DNA of 64,000 bases from a bacterium (GTDB lineage Bacteria > Patescibacteriota > Dojkabacteria > SC72): positions 290 through 64,289 of the forward strand of contig JAIOSB010000027.1 of the NCBI GenBank assembly GCA_021107795.1, in the 5' to 3' direction. Below the pieces are notes generated by a model that was not told the DNA's origin, searched no databases, and saw only the letters and a program-made list of their open reading frames with translations. The stretch's first letter is position 1. Every line of letters begins with the position of its first letter. The translations under genes were made by a program, and so were the position numbers. This document shows positions 19,376 to 28,293 of the stretch, in pieces.

Positions 19376-22300
19376 CTAGTTATTACCACATTGACCATCT
19401 AATTCACCATCTGGATGCCATATTAATGATTTGCATGTACTGTCTTCTGGTTGAAAGCTAGATATTCTCACAAAGTAGCCATTTGATGTAGTTATTGGAT
19501 AATCAAAACCATATTCTGTTCCCTCAGAGACTTGCAACCCCTCAAACATACCTTTTGATACAGGCCACCATGTTATATTATCTGCAGTTAAGCCTGAGAT
19601 TCTATTCACTGAGTCAATGAGTGTACGTGCTGTAAATGCTTTAGTATACCCACTTACTCCGATTAAGTTCCAACCAGGTATAAAACTTACAGGTACATTC
19701 GTATTAATATCAAATCCAGGAATAGGTATTCTACTATTCCTAGTAGCTACTATCGCATATCCAAAGCCTGGTAGTAGAGGGAAGTCAGAGCCGGCAGGAG
19801 TTCCTGATTCTGTAGACTTACTCATAATCCCTCCCTTCCACGATCCGTTGGAGAAGTATGTTATCTGACTGATTACTTCAAATTGGCTATTAGCTTCTTC
19901 CAATAGTTGTTCTGCAGTGTAGGATTCCCCGACATTCAGTGCAGGATAGAAATCGAATGATACTAGGTTTAAGCCCTCTTTCAGCACTATATCATACGCA
20001 TTAGATACTTGATTGACACTTAGTTCCAGCACACTAGATGATACTAAGTAGTCTCCATTTGCCACATCAAATTTCCCGTCATTGTTTATATCTTTATAAT
20101 ATATATATTTATAGTCAGCATTATAGTATTGCACGACGTTCTCACTATCTGGTCTAATTACTTCATAGTAACCATCTTTAGTCACACTTAAAAACAGCTC
20201 TTCCGTCTCTTGGGCCGACACTTTAGGTGCTGAGAAAGAGGCGATTTCCTGGAGGATATTATCCAAATTTAATGTACTAGTTTCAGAACATTCTCCAAAC
20301 GGTACAATTTTATATCCAGCTACACATCCTTTACCAACTTCTTGTTTTTGTTTTACTCCAAACCCACTATCACAACAGACATACCCTTCTTTAACATACT
20401 CTGTATCGAATGTAGCTGTACCACCTCCTGTTTTTATAACTGTATTAAAACTCTCACCATATATGGTTTCTAAATCAGCTTTCTGACCACAGGCATTAAA
20501 TTGAACCTCTATATCCCCTTTTGAGGTCAGGCAGTAATATTGAAGACCCTCAATTTCCTCCAAAGGTAGTAACCAACGATCGTCAAAAGAATCTTTATTA
20601 AAATCTCCGAGACTTTGCTTTGTTGGAGTCGCATAAGGAGTCTCGACTGATGGCCCAGAATAGTAATAATAATCTCCATCATCATCCAGATATATGTAAT
20701 CTCCATTCCAAGTAGGACTACCAACGTCATTTGCTATCACAAGATCCTCCGTTATAGTCTCTCTTAAAAAGTACGAGGCAGAGACACACTCTTTATTACC
20801 GCACTCATCACAATTGATAATATTTCCTTCATCCTTATTGAAACAGTACATCTCGTTTTCCAAATTAACAGATTTCACTACCTTATCAGCACAATACTCA
20901 TAAAAGTCTACCGTTTCATACTCACATTGACCAATTCCAGTTGGGTAGTAATTAGGGATATATACATAGCTAGATTCCTTTTTTACATTATGACAACACT
21001 CTAAGGCAATCACTTCTCCACTATCATTAGTTACAAGAGGTGCGAAATCTTCTGCAGACAGATTCCCTGATAATGAAGATTCCTCACCCTCCTCATTTGA
21101 GACGCTAGGTTGGCACTGAAACCAGAAGGATTCGCAGGGTGTGCCGTAATCGTCCTGGCTGGGACAGTTTATGAGATCATAGTCTGTAGTATAGTCTGAG
21201 CAGCGGAGTTTTCCCTCCTCCTCTTGATCTACACTTTCCTTCGGTTTAGGAGAAGGTAGTCCAGGATTATTACCCATACACTCGCTTTTCTCTTTATCCC
21301 AATAACAACCTCCATAATAATTCTCATTACAAACAGTTTCTGTAGTATAACCACTACAACCAGTTATCTCAGGACCCTCTACTACAAGTTCTATCTTGTC
21401 CTCAAGAAATCCCATAATCTCAGCACTCCCCTGCAAATCTCCAATAATATCTTCATATTCCGACGAATCTACAACGTCGACATTACCTGATACACTGTTT
21501 TTAACAAGTTCTCCATCTAATAAAGTATAGAGATTCCCTGCAGCATCTACTACTTGATCCTCTCCTATAACCTTCTTTTCTCCATCAACCTCAACCATCT
21601 GCCTACCCCTCTCCATACACCCCGCAGGCTTTGGACAAAGAGCTTGCAATCGGATATTAAATTGGCGAACTCCATTCCATAGACAAGTCTTGTAACAAGG
21701 ACTTGTTGGTGCACAACCACCAGCAAGAATAGGTCCATAAGAGACTGTTTTCCCTTCACTGTCCTCACACCTTGCCTCATCCCATGCAGCATTGACATAA
21801 GGTATAAAGGATTCTAATAAATCCTCTGCATTATTCTCAAAATCTATATCCTCTTCACTATTACCCAAGATACTCTCTACAGGAATATCATCTGTTCCAA
21901 AGGTTATCATATAGCACTGCTTTGGAGTAAAAGACTCATATTGATAACAAACCTCACCATTCATACCATTTATATCATCAAATACAGAACCATTTAAATC
22001 TCTAAAAGCCCCCTTATCAATACTCCACCCACCCTCACTATTAGTAGAAGCTGAAAGTAAATTAGAAATCAAAACATTACTCTCATCTACTACCCCTACA
22101 AAAACCATAGAATCTTTAGAGTCATCCTCATACAACAATCCTCCCGTATCAAGCTTCATACCATAAATCTTCCCATACATTGGATTAGGGACCACCATCT
22201 CGACAACATCCTGTATAACAGTTGTAACAGAAAACTCACTGAGAGTATCAAAAGCATATTCATATGAGTTTGTCTTACTACTAGACCATAGGAGTGAACC

Positions 22301-22714
22301 ATTTGATAATACAAAATTGTAAATCTTTCCTTCTTCAAGACCTGAAACAGTAACATGATGAACGTAATATTTATTATTCTTTACCTTGTATTCATTCAAA
22401 CAGTCAATACTATCTACACCACTCTCAAGTGCATCATTATTCAAATCTTCAACACAACTGGCCTGGGCTAAAACAACATCTCTATCATCATATGCAAACC
22501 TAACACCATTACTCCAGTACATTACAAATCCCTGTGTAGGCTGATGTGTTAGCCAGGATATAGTTGCAGAAGATGCAGTAATATTGGTAACCCTGACATC
22601 ATATGCTTGGAGCTTATTGCCCTGTACAATATAGTAAACTAGATAAGAGAAGGATATTAGCACAATAACTGTTAAGAGTCCCAATCCAAACATCTTGCTT
22701 CTTTTCATATTCAA
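19376..22714 (-). CDS. Giant (1112 aa) Cys-rich surface protein with N-terminal anchor and Fn3-like (PAP-N-like) domain
   Basis: TM anchor FGLGLLTVIVLISFSYLVYYIV, then the Fn3-like signature VTNITASSATISWLTHQPTQGFVMYWSNG...HHVTVSGLEEGKIYNFVLSNG. After that come >40 cysteines in clustered pairs (CDECGNKEC, ECCHN, VCCDSG). Confidence 0.5.
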   Translation of the reverse strand: MNMKRSKMFGLGLLTVIVLISFSYLVYYIVQGNKLQAYDVRVTNITASSATISWLTHQPTQGFVMYWSNGVRFAYDDRDVVLAQASCVEDLNNDALESGVDSIDCLNEYKVKNNKYYVHHVTVSGLEEGKIYNFVLSNGSLLWSSSKTNSYEYAFDTLSEFSVTTVIQDVVEMVVPNPMYGKIYGMKLDTGGLLYEDDSKDSMVFVGVVDESNVLISNLLSASTNSEGGWSIDKGAFRDLNGSVFDDINGMNGEVCYQYESFTPKQCYMITFGTDDIPVESILGNSEEDIDFENNAEDLLESFIPYVNAAWDEARCEDSEGKTVSYGPILAGGCAPTSPCYKTCLWNGVRQFNIRLQALCPKPAGCMERGRQMVEVDGEKKVIGEDQVVDAAGNLYTLLDGELVKNSVSGNVDVVDSSEYEDIIGDLQGSAEIMGFLEDKIELVVEGPEITGCSGYTTETVCNENYYGGCYWDKEKSECMGNNPGLPSPKPKESVDQEEEGKLRCSDYTTDYDLINCPSQDDYGTPCESFWFQCQPSVSNEEGEESSLSGNLSAEDFAPLVTNDSGEVIALECCHNVKKESSYVYIPNYYPTGIGQCEYETVDFYEYCADKVVKSVNLENEMYCFNKDEGNIINCDECGNKECVSASYFLRETITEDLVIANDVGSPTWNGDYIYLDDDGDYYYYSGPSVETPYATPTKQSLGDFNKDSFDDRWLLPLEEIEGLQYYCLTSKGDIEVQFNACGQKADLETIYGESFNTVIKTGGGTATFDTEYVKEGYVCCDSGFGVKQKQEVGKGCVAGYKIVPFGECSETSTLNLDNILQEIASFSAPKVSAQETEELFLSVTKDGYYEVIRPDSENVVQYYNADYKYIYYKDINNDGKFDVANGDYLVSSSVLELSVNQVSNAYDIVLKEGLNLVSFDFYPALNVGESYTAEQLLEEANSQFEVISQITYFSNGSWKGGIMSKSTESGTPAGSDFPLLPGFGYAIVATRNSRIPIPGFDINTNVPVSFIPGWNLIGVSGYTKAFTARTLIDSVNRISGLTADNITWWPVSKGMFEGLQVSEGTEYGFDYPITTSNGYFVRISSFQPEDSTCKSLIWHPDGELDGQCGNN

Positions 22715-22784
22715 AACCCTAAGATTATTACTCTAAAGATATAAAGAAACAGCCAATATGTCAATATAATGATATAATCCTCCT

Positions 22785-23519
22785 ATGCAAACATATTACA
22801 TACCACATAAACTAAAAATTGGAGATATCACTCACCTATCCGATAGTGATAGTGAAATGATTATTTCTCAACAGAAGCTACATGAGCAAGACCTTGTAGA
22901 GATAGAGACATACGACAAGGTATTCATTGCACAAATTACATACATTGAAAAAGGGAGTGTAGAGATAGAGATTGTAGAGGAAAAGGGGGAGCGAGTTACA
23001 AAGGAATATCCAACTACCACTATTTTACAATCACTCTCCAACGATTCTAAGTTTAATTACTTCATAGAGAAGTGCGTAGAGATAGGGGTAGGGAGAATAA
23101 TACCAGTAGAAAGTCAATATTCGCTTAAGAAGAAGAAGAAGGCAGTTAAGAGTATAGGACTTTGGAATAAGATTGTGAGTGATGCTACAGAACAGTCTAG
23201 AAATACAAGACCTACAATAGTGGAGAGTCCAATCAAGATTTCTGAGCTTAGTAACGATCAACTGGGAGATTGCATTAAGATATGTTTAGCTACTGAGAAT
23301 GTGGAGTCAATATATCTGAATGAATATATCCAAGGTATAGATATTAGGAAAGATATTGTAATTGCCATTGGTCCTGAGAAGGGGTGGTCTTCTAGTGATA
23401 TTGAAATATTTAAGAAGTTAGATTTCGATTTTGTTAAACTAAGGGGTAATATATTAAGAACAGAAACTGCGGGGATAGTGATAGGGAGTATAGTTAAATA
23501 TTTGAAGGGAGAAATATAA
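22785..23519 (+). CDS. rsmE: 16S rRNA (uracil1498-N3)-methyltransferase RsmE-like
   Basis: PUA-like N-region, then IEKCVEIGVGRIIPV...IAIGPEKGWSSSDIEIF...LRGNILRTETAGIV, the SPOUT RsmE signature. Confidence 0.65.
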   Translation: MQTYYIPHKLKIGDITHLSDSDSEMIISQQKLHEQDLVEIETYDKVFIAQITYIEKGSVEIEIVEEKGERVTKEYPTTTILQSLSNDSKFNYFIEKCVEIGVGRIIPVESQYSLKKKKKAVKSIGLWNKIVSDATEQSRNTRPTIVESPIKISELSNDQLGDCIKICLATENVESIYLNEYIQGIDIRKDIVIAIGPEKGWSSSDIEIFKKLDFDFVKLRGNILRTETAGIVIGSIVKYLKGEI

Positions 23520-24559
23520 TGAAGAAGAAGAGAAGGCGTAGTCCTAAGAAAACACATAGGAAGAATTACAAGAAGTCTAGGACTCAGACTTTTGATAGGA
23601 AGTTTTACTCTAAGGAGGATATATTTATATCTAGAATGGCTAGTATATTACAATTACCTAAGGGAGAGACTAAGCATCTTTTCTATCATAGGGCTAGGAC
23701 TACCATTAGGTTAAATCATCTCATAGCTGATCCTAGAAAGACTTTTAGGTTTCTTACTCAGACTAAGGGTTGGGAGCTTCAGAAGATTAATGGTTTTAAG
23801 GATACATATTTTGTGAATGGTATAGATAAGTCTGTAGTGTCTAAGACGGAGGAGTATTTGCATGGGGATTTCTATATCCAAGATTTAGCTAGTATGTTAT
23901 CCGTATATGTTTTAGATCCACAGGAGGGAGAGAAGGTTTTAGATTTGTGTGCTGCTCCTGGGAGTAAGACTACTCTCATTTCTGCATTGACGGATAATAA
24001 GGCAGAGATCACGGCTAATGATTCAGATCTTTCAAGGGTTAGTAAGTTAAAGAATGTTCTTCATCAGTTTGGTAGTAAGAATGTTAAGGTTACGAATTTA
24101 GAGGGTATGTTGTATGGTAAAACTTTGCCTGATCATTACGATAGGGTTCTTCTGGATACCCCTTGTAGTGGTGGTGGTAGGGTTTATTTAGCTAGTAATA
24201 AGCCTTTGCGTTTTTGGAGTATTAAGAGGGTTAACTTTTTTACTACTATACAGAAAGGGTTGCTTGATTCTGCGTTTAGGGCTCTTAAGCCTGGTGGTAC
24301 ATTGGTGTATTCTACTTGTACTTTAGAGCCTGATGAGAATGAGGGTGTAGTTACACATCTTTTGAAGACTTTTAAGAATGCGAGGGTAGAGAGTATAGAT
24401 TTTGTAGAGGGTTTAGATGTATTACTATCTAAGAACATTATACCTGGGATTACTAAGTGGAGTGGTAAGGAGTATCATCATTCTTTAATAAAGAGTTTAA
24501 GGACTGTACCATCTCCAGAGATGATGGGTTTTTATGTTGTTAAGATTGGGAAGGGGTAG
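23519..24559 (+). CDS. NOL1/NOP2/Sun-family RNA m5C methyltransferase (RsmB/RsmF-like) with basic N-terminal extension
   Basis: VLDLCAAPGSKTT (SAM motif I), DRVLLDTPCSGGG (motif IV with catalytic Cys), TLVYSTCTLEPDENE (motif VI TC). Start ATG overlaps the rsmE stop (ATAATGA). The N-terminus is MKKKRRRSPKKTHRKNYKK. Confidence 0.7.
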   Translation: MKKKRRRSPKKTHRKNYKKSRTQTFDRKFYSKEDIFISRMASILQLPKGETKHLFYHRARTTIRLNHLIADPRKTFRFLTQTKGWELQKINGFKDTYFVNGIDKSVVSKTEEYLHGDFYIQDLASMLSVYVLDPQEGEKVLDLCAAPGSKTTLISALTDNKAEITANDSDLSRVSKLKNVLHQFGSKNVKVTNLEGMLYGKTLPDHYDRVLLDTPCSGGGRVYLASNKPLRFWSIKRVNFFTTIQKGLLDSAFRALKPGGTLVYSTCTLEPDENEGVVTHLLKTFKNARVESIDFVEGLDVLLSKNIIPGITKWSGKEYHHSLIKSLRTVPSPEMMGFYVVKIGKG

Positions 24560-24621
24560 AAGGAAAAAGCTTTTAGCTTCTGAGTATAGATTTGAATTAA
24601 TTAAAACATAATCCATTACTT

Positions 24622-24951
24622 TTATATCTTTTTAGACAGTTTTTCTATTCTTTTAAAATACCAGTCCGTATTTATTCCCCATTTATTTGCCTCTTCACAC
24701 ATTCTAATCGCATCTTTATAACGTTGCTCATATTCAAGTAACATAATTGAGCGTTGAAAAGCAGGAACCGTTTTAACCATAGAATATCCATTCCGCCTGT
24801 CACTTATTGCCATTTGCCAGAATAGCTCTTGACCCTTCATACAAAGCCCCCAGAATTCATCTCTCAACTTTTGAGAGAAACCTTCGTGTTTCAAATTCCT
24901 CCATTTATTTTCTATTTCATCCAAATTGTCAAAATATGTTTGGTGTTCCAT
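24622..24951 (-). CDS. Hypothetical 109-aa protein, downstream partner of the DUF4145 gene
   Basis: No recognisable motif; Trp-rich, soluble. Confidence 0.35.
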   Translation of the reverse strand: MEHQTYFDNLDEIENKWRNLKHEGFSQKLRDEFWGLCMKGQELFWQMAISDRRNGYSMVKTVPAFQRSIMLLEYEQRYKDAIRMCEEANKWGINTDWYFKRIEKLSKKI

Positions 24952-24971
24952 AGTTCCATAATTCCCTTTAT

Positions 24972-25628
24972 CTATTTGTTTGGTGGTTTATTAGCAGATT
25001 TTAATTTCTCATCTAATGCCTTCTTTTTCAATTTTGTTAGAGTAGGTTGGACATAATAAAAATCAAATAATTGTTCAAGAACATCTAATATCCACTCAGT
25101 TTCTCCCTTTTCTACATCTATAATTTGACCACTATTAGTGGATTTTATAGGATGTGATGCGAAATTCCCAATATTTCTGACAGCATCAATAGCTTCACTG
25201 AGATGGCTTGGCAGTGTCTCCATAGCTTTCTCAATTTCTTGACTAAGATTATTTTTTGATATACCTTGTTCATGCAACATACTCTGCAAACATCTTCTCG
25301 CAAGTGCTGCTGATGCTTTTGAACTTAAAGGTTCTATTAACGAAGCCTCATTGAAATCCTGACTTATATCTGTTGGAACTTCTTTTGGAGCAGATGGTCT
25401 CATTGCACCTAAGGGACAAATCATTTGTTCACCAAATAATATTATAATTTCTTGACAAGCAGTACACCTGCAAGTTCGAAGCAATTTGGTTTTATCTTCC
25501 ACCCCATTTATTAACTCTCTATTAGGAAAATCGTAATTATGTGGGTACTTATAATATTGAACACCTTCAAAACGATTTGAATTTTTACAATATGGACATA
25601 TTCCTGTCTGATTTCTTGCAACTACCAT
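24972..25628 (-). CDS. Zn-ribbon + DUF4145 (HEPN-like) domain protein
   Basis: The N-terminus CPYCKNSN...CRCTACQ is a CxxC...CxxC ribbon. The C-terminus LSEAIDAVRNIGNFASHP...EWILDVLEQLFDFYYV fits the DUF4145 pattern (A..IR..GN.AAH ... ll..lf.fly) and is R-x-H HEPN-like. Confidence 0.5.
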   Translation of the reverse strand: MVVARNQTGICPYCKNSNRFEGVQYYKYPHNYDFPNRELINGVEDKTKLLRTCRCTACQEIIILFGEQMICPLGAMRPSAPKEVPTDISQDFNEASLIEPLSSKASAALARRCLQSMLHEQGISKNNLSQEIEKAMETLPSHLSEAIDAVRNIGNFASHPIKSTNSGQIIDVEKGETEWILDVLEQLFDFYYVQPTLTKLKKKALDEKLKSANKPPNK

Positions 25629-25696
25629 AATACTAACTCATAAATATATCTAATATAATCCTTCTTAGATTACCCCCATCTTACCAAATTCCCCTT

Positions 25697-25731
25697 CAAA
25701 AGAAAAAGAACCCCACATGTATGAGGTTCTT
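25697..25731 (-). terminator. Rho-independent terminator downstream of pnp
   Basis: On the minus strand, stem agaacc / ggttct with loop tcatacatgtgg is followed by tttttctttt (plus-strand A-run 25697-25707), ~25 nt after the pnp stop. Confidence 0.55.
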
Positions 25732-25756
25732 TCTATCTTACTACTCTGTAAGAACT

Positions 25757-27826
25757 CTACTCCTTAGCCTGTTTCATACTAAGCTTTATCTTCCCATCCC
25801 TTGCTATCTCTACTAACTTTACCTTTACCATATCCCCTTCCTTTACAACACTGTTTACATCCTTTACAAAATCATCTGCCATCTCTGAAACATGAACTAA
25901 ACCAGAAGTACCAGGATTAATATCTACAAATGCACCATAAGGCATTACTGAAGCTACCTTACCCTCATAGATTTCTCCCTCTTTTGGTATAAAGTTGTAC
26001 CTAGCGATATATGACATAGCTTTCTCCAGCTTCTCCTTGTTATCCGCATAGATATTCACTGTACCATCATCCTCAATACTAAGCTCTGCACCACTCTGCT
26101 CTGTAATCTCCTTAATATTCTTACCCCCTGGACCAATTAATTCCCCTATCTTATCTACAGGAATCTTTGCACTAGTAACCTGTGGAGCTGTTGCTGAAAC
26201 CTCTGGTCTAGGTTCTGATATTGCTTCCTCTATCTTATCTATCACCTGTAATCTACCCTCTTTACACTTCTTAAATGCCTCTTCTACAATCTCCATACTT
26301 AAACCCTTCATCTTGTTATCCATCTGTACAGCAGTAACACCATCCCTTGTACCTATTACCTTGAAATCCATATCACCGTAGAAGTCTTCTACTCCTTGCA
26401 TATCTGTAAGGATATTGATAGATTCATCATCTCCTAGTACAAGACCACAAGCTATACCACCTACAGTCTTCTTTATTGGAACACCAGCTGCCATTAAAGC
26501 TAGACTAGATCCACATGCAGAAGCCATAGAGCTTGAACCATTCTCACCTTGAACTTCAGATACAATGATAATGGTGTATGGGAATTCTTCTTTGGTAGGT
26601 AATACAGGAATTAGTGATTTCTCAGCTAACATTCCATGACCAACACCTCTTCTACTTGGTATGAGCCTAATTCTACCTGCTTCACCATATACATATGGTA
26701 AGTCATTGTAGAAATGCATGTAGTTCTTCTCCTTGTTTCCAAGCATATCATCTACTAATTGTGCATCATCCAATGTACCAAGTGTAGCTACTGAGAGCAC
26801 TTGCGTGAGTCCTCTTGTGAAAAGTCCTGTACCATGTACTTTAGGAAGTAAGTCTATTTGAGTGTCCATTTCTCTAATCTCATCTAATGCTCTACCGTCT
26901 ACTCTAATGTTTTCTTCTTTTACAATTCTTCTAAGTCCCTTCTTCTGCAACTTATCATATGCTTCTGAGAGATCTTTCTTAGAAAATTTTCCTTCAAATT
27001 TAGTGAAGACTTCTTTCATAGTTTCTTGGTGTTGACTCTTCTTTGCATCCTTAAGATTTTTCTCTGCTTTCTCACCCAAGAATTCCTCTAGAGATTCTAA
27101 AAGATTTTCTGGTAGTACTTTAGGAGTATATATTTTCTCCTTTGGACCACCTACTAGTTCTACAAATTTGTTCTGTGCTTCTAACCATGGTTTCATATCC
27201 TCTAAACCTCTTCTCATAGATTCTACTACTGTATCATCTGCGATATCGTTACATGCTCCATCGATCATGGTGAATACTTCTCCATCTCCTGATACGATGT
27301 AGTTCATTGGGTTTTCATCTGATACTGTAGCCATACTCTTGTATACTGATCCTTCAAGACCAACATTTACACCTGCTACTGGACCTTCAAATGGGATATT
27401 TGACATCACTAGTGCTGCTGATGCTGCGTTGATTGCAAGAAGTAGAGGGTCGTTTTCTTCATCATATGACATGACTGTGATGATTATGTTTACTTCGTCC
27501 ATGTAGTCGGAAGCAAATCTAGATCTAAGAGATCTGTCTATCATTCTAGATTTCAGTACTGCTTCATCAGATGGGAATCTTTCTCTTTTTACAAATCTAG
27601 AACCACTGATTTTCCCTGCAGCGTAGTATCTTTCAATATATTCTACAGAAAGGGGGAAGTAGTCCATATCACCAGTGGATGGGTTACTATTTACATTTAC
27701 TGTAATTGTGGTGTCTCCCATTTTGGCAAATATGGAATTTTGTGACTTTAAGGCTAATTTACCAGTAGAGAAACTACATTTCCTACCGTCAATCTCAAAC
27801 TCGTGTAACTTTTCGTTAAAAAGCAT
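25757..27826 (-). CDS. pnp: Polyribonucleotide nucleotidyltransferase (PNPase)
   Basis: 689 aa, two RNase PH-like cores, then a KH segment and S1 (GKVASVMPYGAFVDI...GLVHVSE) at the C-terminus; downstream of rpsO as usual. Confidence 0.95.
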   Translation of the reverse strand: MLFNEKLHEFEIDGRKCSFSTGKLALKSQNSIFAKMGDTTITVNVNSNPSTGDMDYFPLSVEYIERYYAAGKISGSRFVKRERFPSDEAVLKSRMIDRSLRSRFASDYMDEVNIIITVMSYDEENDPLLLAINAASAALVMSNIPFEGPVAGVNVGLEGSVYKSMATVSDENPMNYIVSGDGEVFTMIDGACNDIADDTVVESMRRGLEDMKPWLEAQNKFVELVGGPKEKIYTPKVLPENLLESLEEFLGEKAEKNLKDAKKSQHQETMKEVFTKFEGKFSKKDLSEAYDKLQKKGLRRIVKEENIRVDGRALDEIREMDTQIDLLPKVHGTGLFTRGLTQVLSVATLGTLDDAQLVDDMLGNKEKNYMHFYNDLPYVYGEAGRIRLIPSRRGVGHGMLAEKSLIPVLPTKEEFPYTIIIVSEVQGENGSSSMASACGSSLALMAAGVPIKKTVGGIACGLVLGDDESINILTDMQGVEDFYGDMDFKVIGTRDGVTAVQMDNKMKGLSMEIVEEAFKKCKEGRLQVIDKIEEAISEPRPEVSATAPQVTSAKIPVDKIGELIGPGGKNIKEITEQSGAELSIEDDGTVNIYADNKEKLEKAMSYIARYNFIPKEGEIYEGKVASVMPYGAFVDINPGTSGLVHVSEMADDFVKDVNSVVKEGDMVKVKLVEIARDGKIKLSMKQAKE

Positions 27827-27918
27827 AAATAAAAATATAAAATTTATATATCAAAATATAGCTTACTTAAAAGCTGTGTTCTGTGAAAGTTATATCAAGA
27901 AAGAGGAGAAAAAGAAAG

Positions 27919-28182
27919 TTAAATCTTTATCTTCTTTGTGAAAGTCTTGAATCTGTCAGCTTCATTGACCTCAAGATATTGAAGCAGTCTTCTTCTTTTT
28001 CCTACTTTTTGGAGTAAACCTCTTCTAGAGTGGTTATCCTTCTTATGATCCTTGAGATGTTCGGAAAGTTTCTGAATTTCTGATGTGAGGATTGCAACTT
28101 GAACCTCTGGGGATCCTGTATCTCCTTTATGAAGTGCGTATTTCTTTATTATTTTTTGCTTGTCAGTTGTGGTAAGGGACAT
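27919..28182 (-). CDS. rpsO: 30S ribosomal protein S15
   Basis: 87 aa, ...[51 protein letters not shown]... Confidence 0.9.
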   Translation of the reverse strand: MSLTTTDKQKIIKKYALHKGDTGSPEVQVAILTSEIQKLSEHLKDHKKDNHSRRGLLQKVGKRRRLLQYLEVNEADRFKTFTKKIKI

Positions 28183-28216
28183 AGTTATCTCTAGAGTAAC
28201 ATGATATTAAACATAT

Positions 28217-28239
28217 TACAATGACAAAAAGTCATTGTA
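28217..28239. promoter_or_regulatory. Perfect 9-bp inverted repeat (tacaatgac-aaaaa-gtcattgta) between infB stop and rpsO start
   Basis: Read directly from the sequence; no T-tract follows on either strand, so it is not a canonical intrinsic terminator. It may be an RNA processing or regulatory hairpin in the infB-rpsO spacer. Confidence 0.3.
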
Positions 28240-28293
28240 CAAGAACTCGACATTGTACTTTATTATAGGCTATCTGTCAACAATATTGGTATA

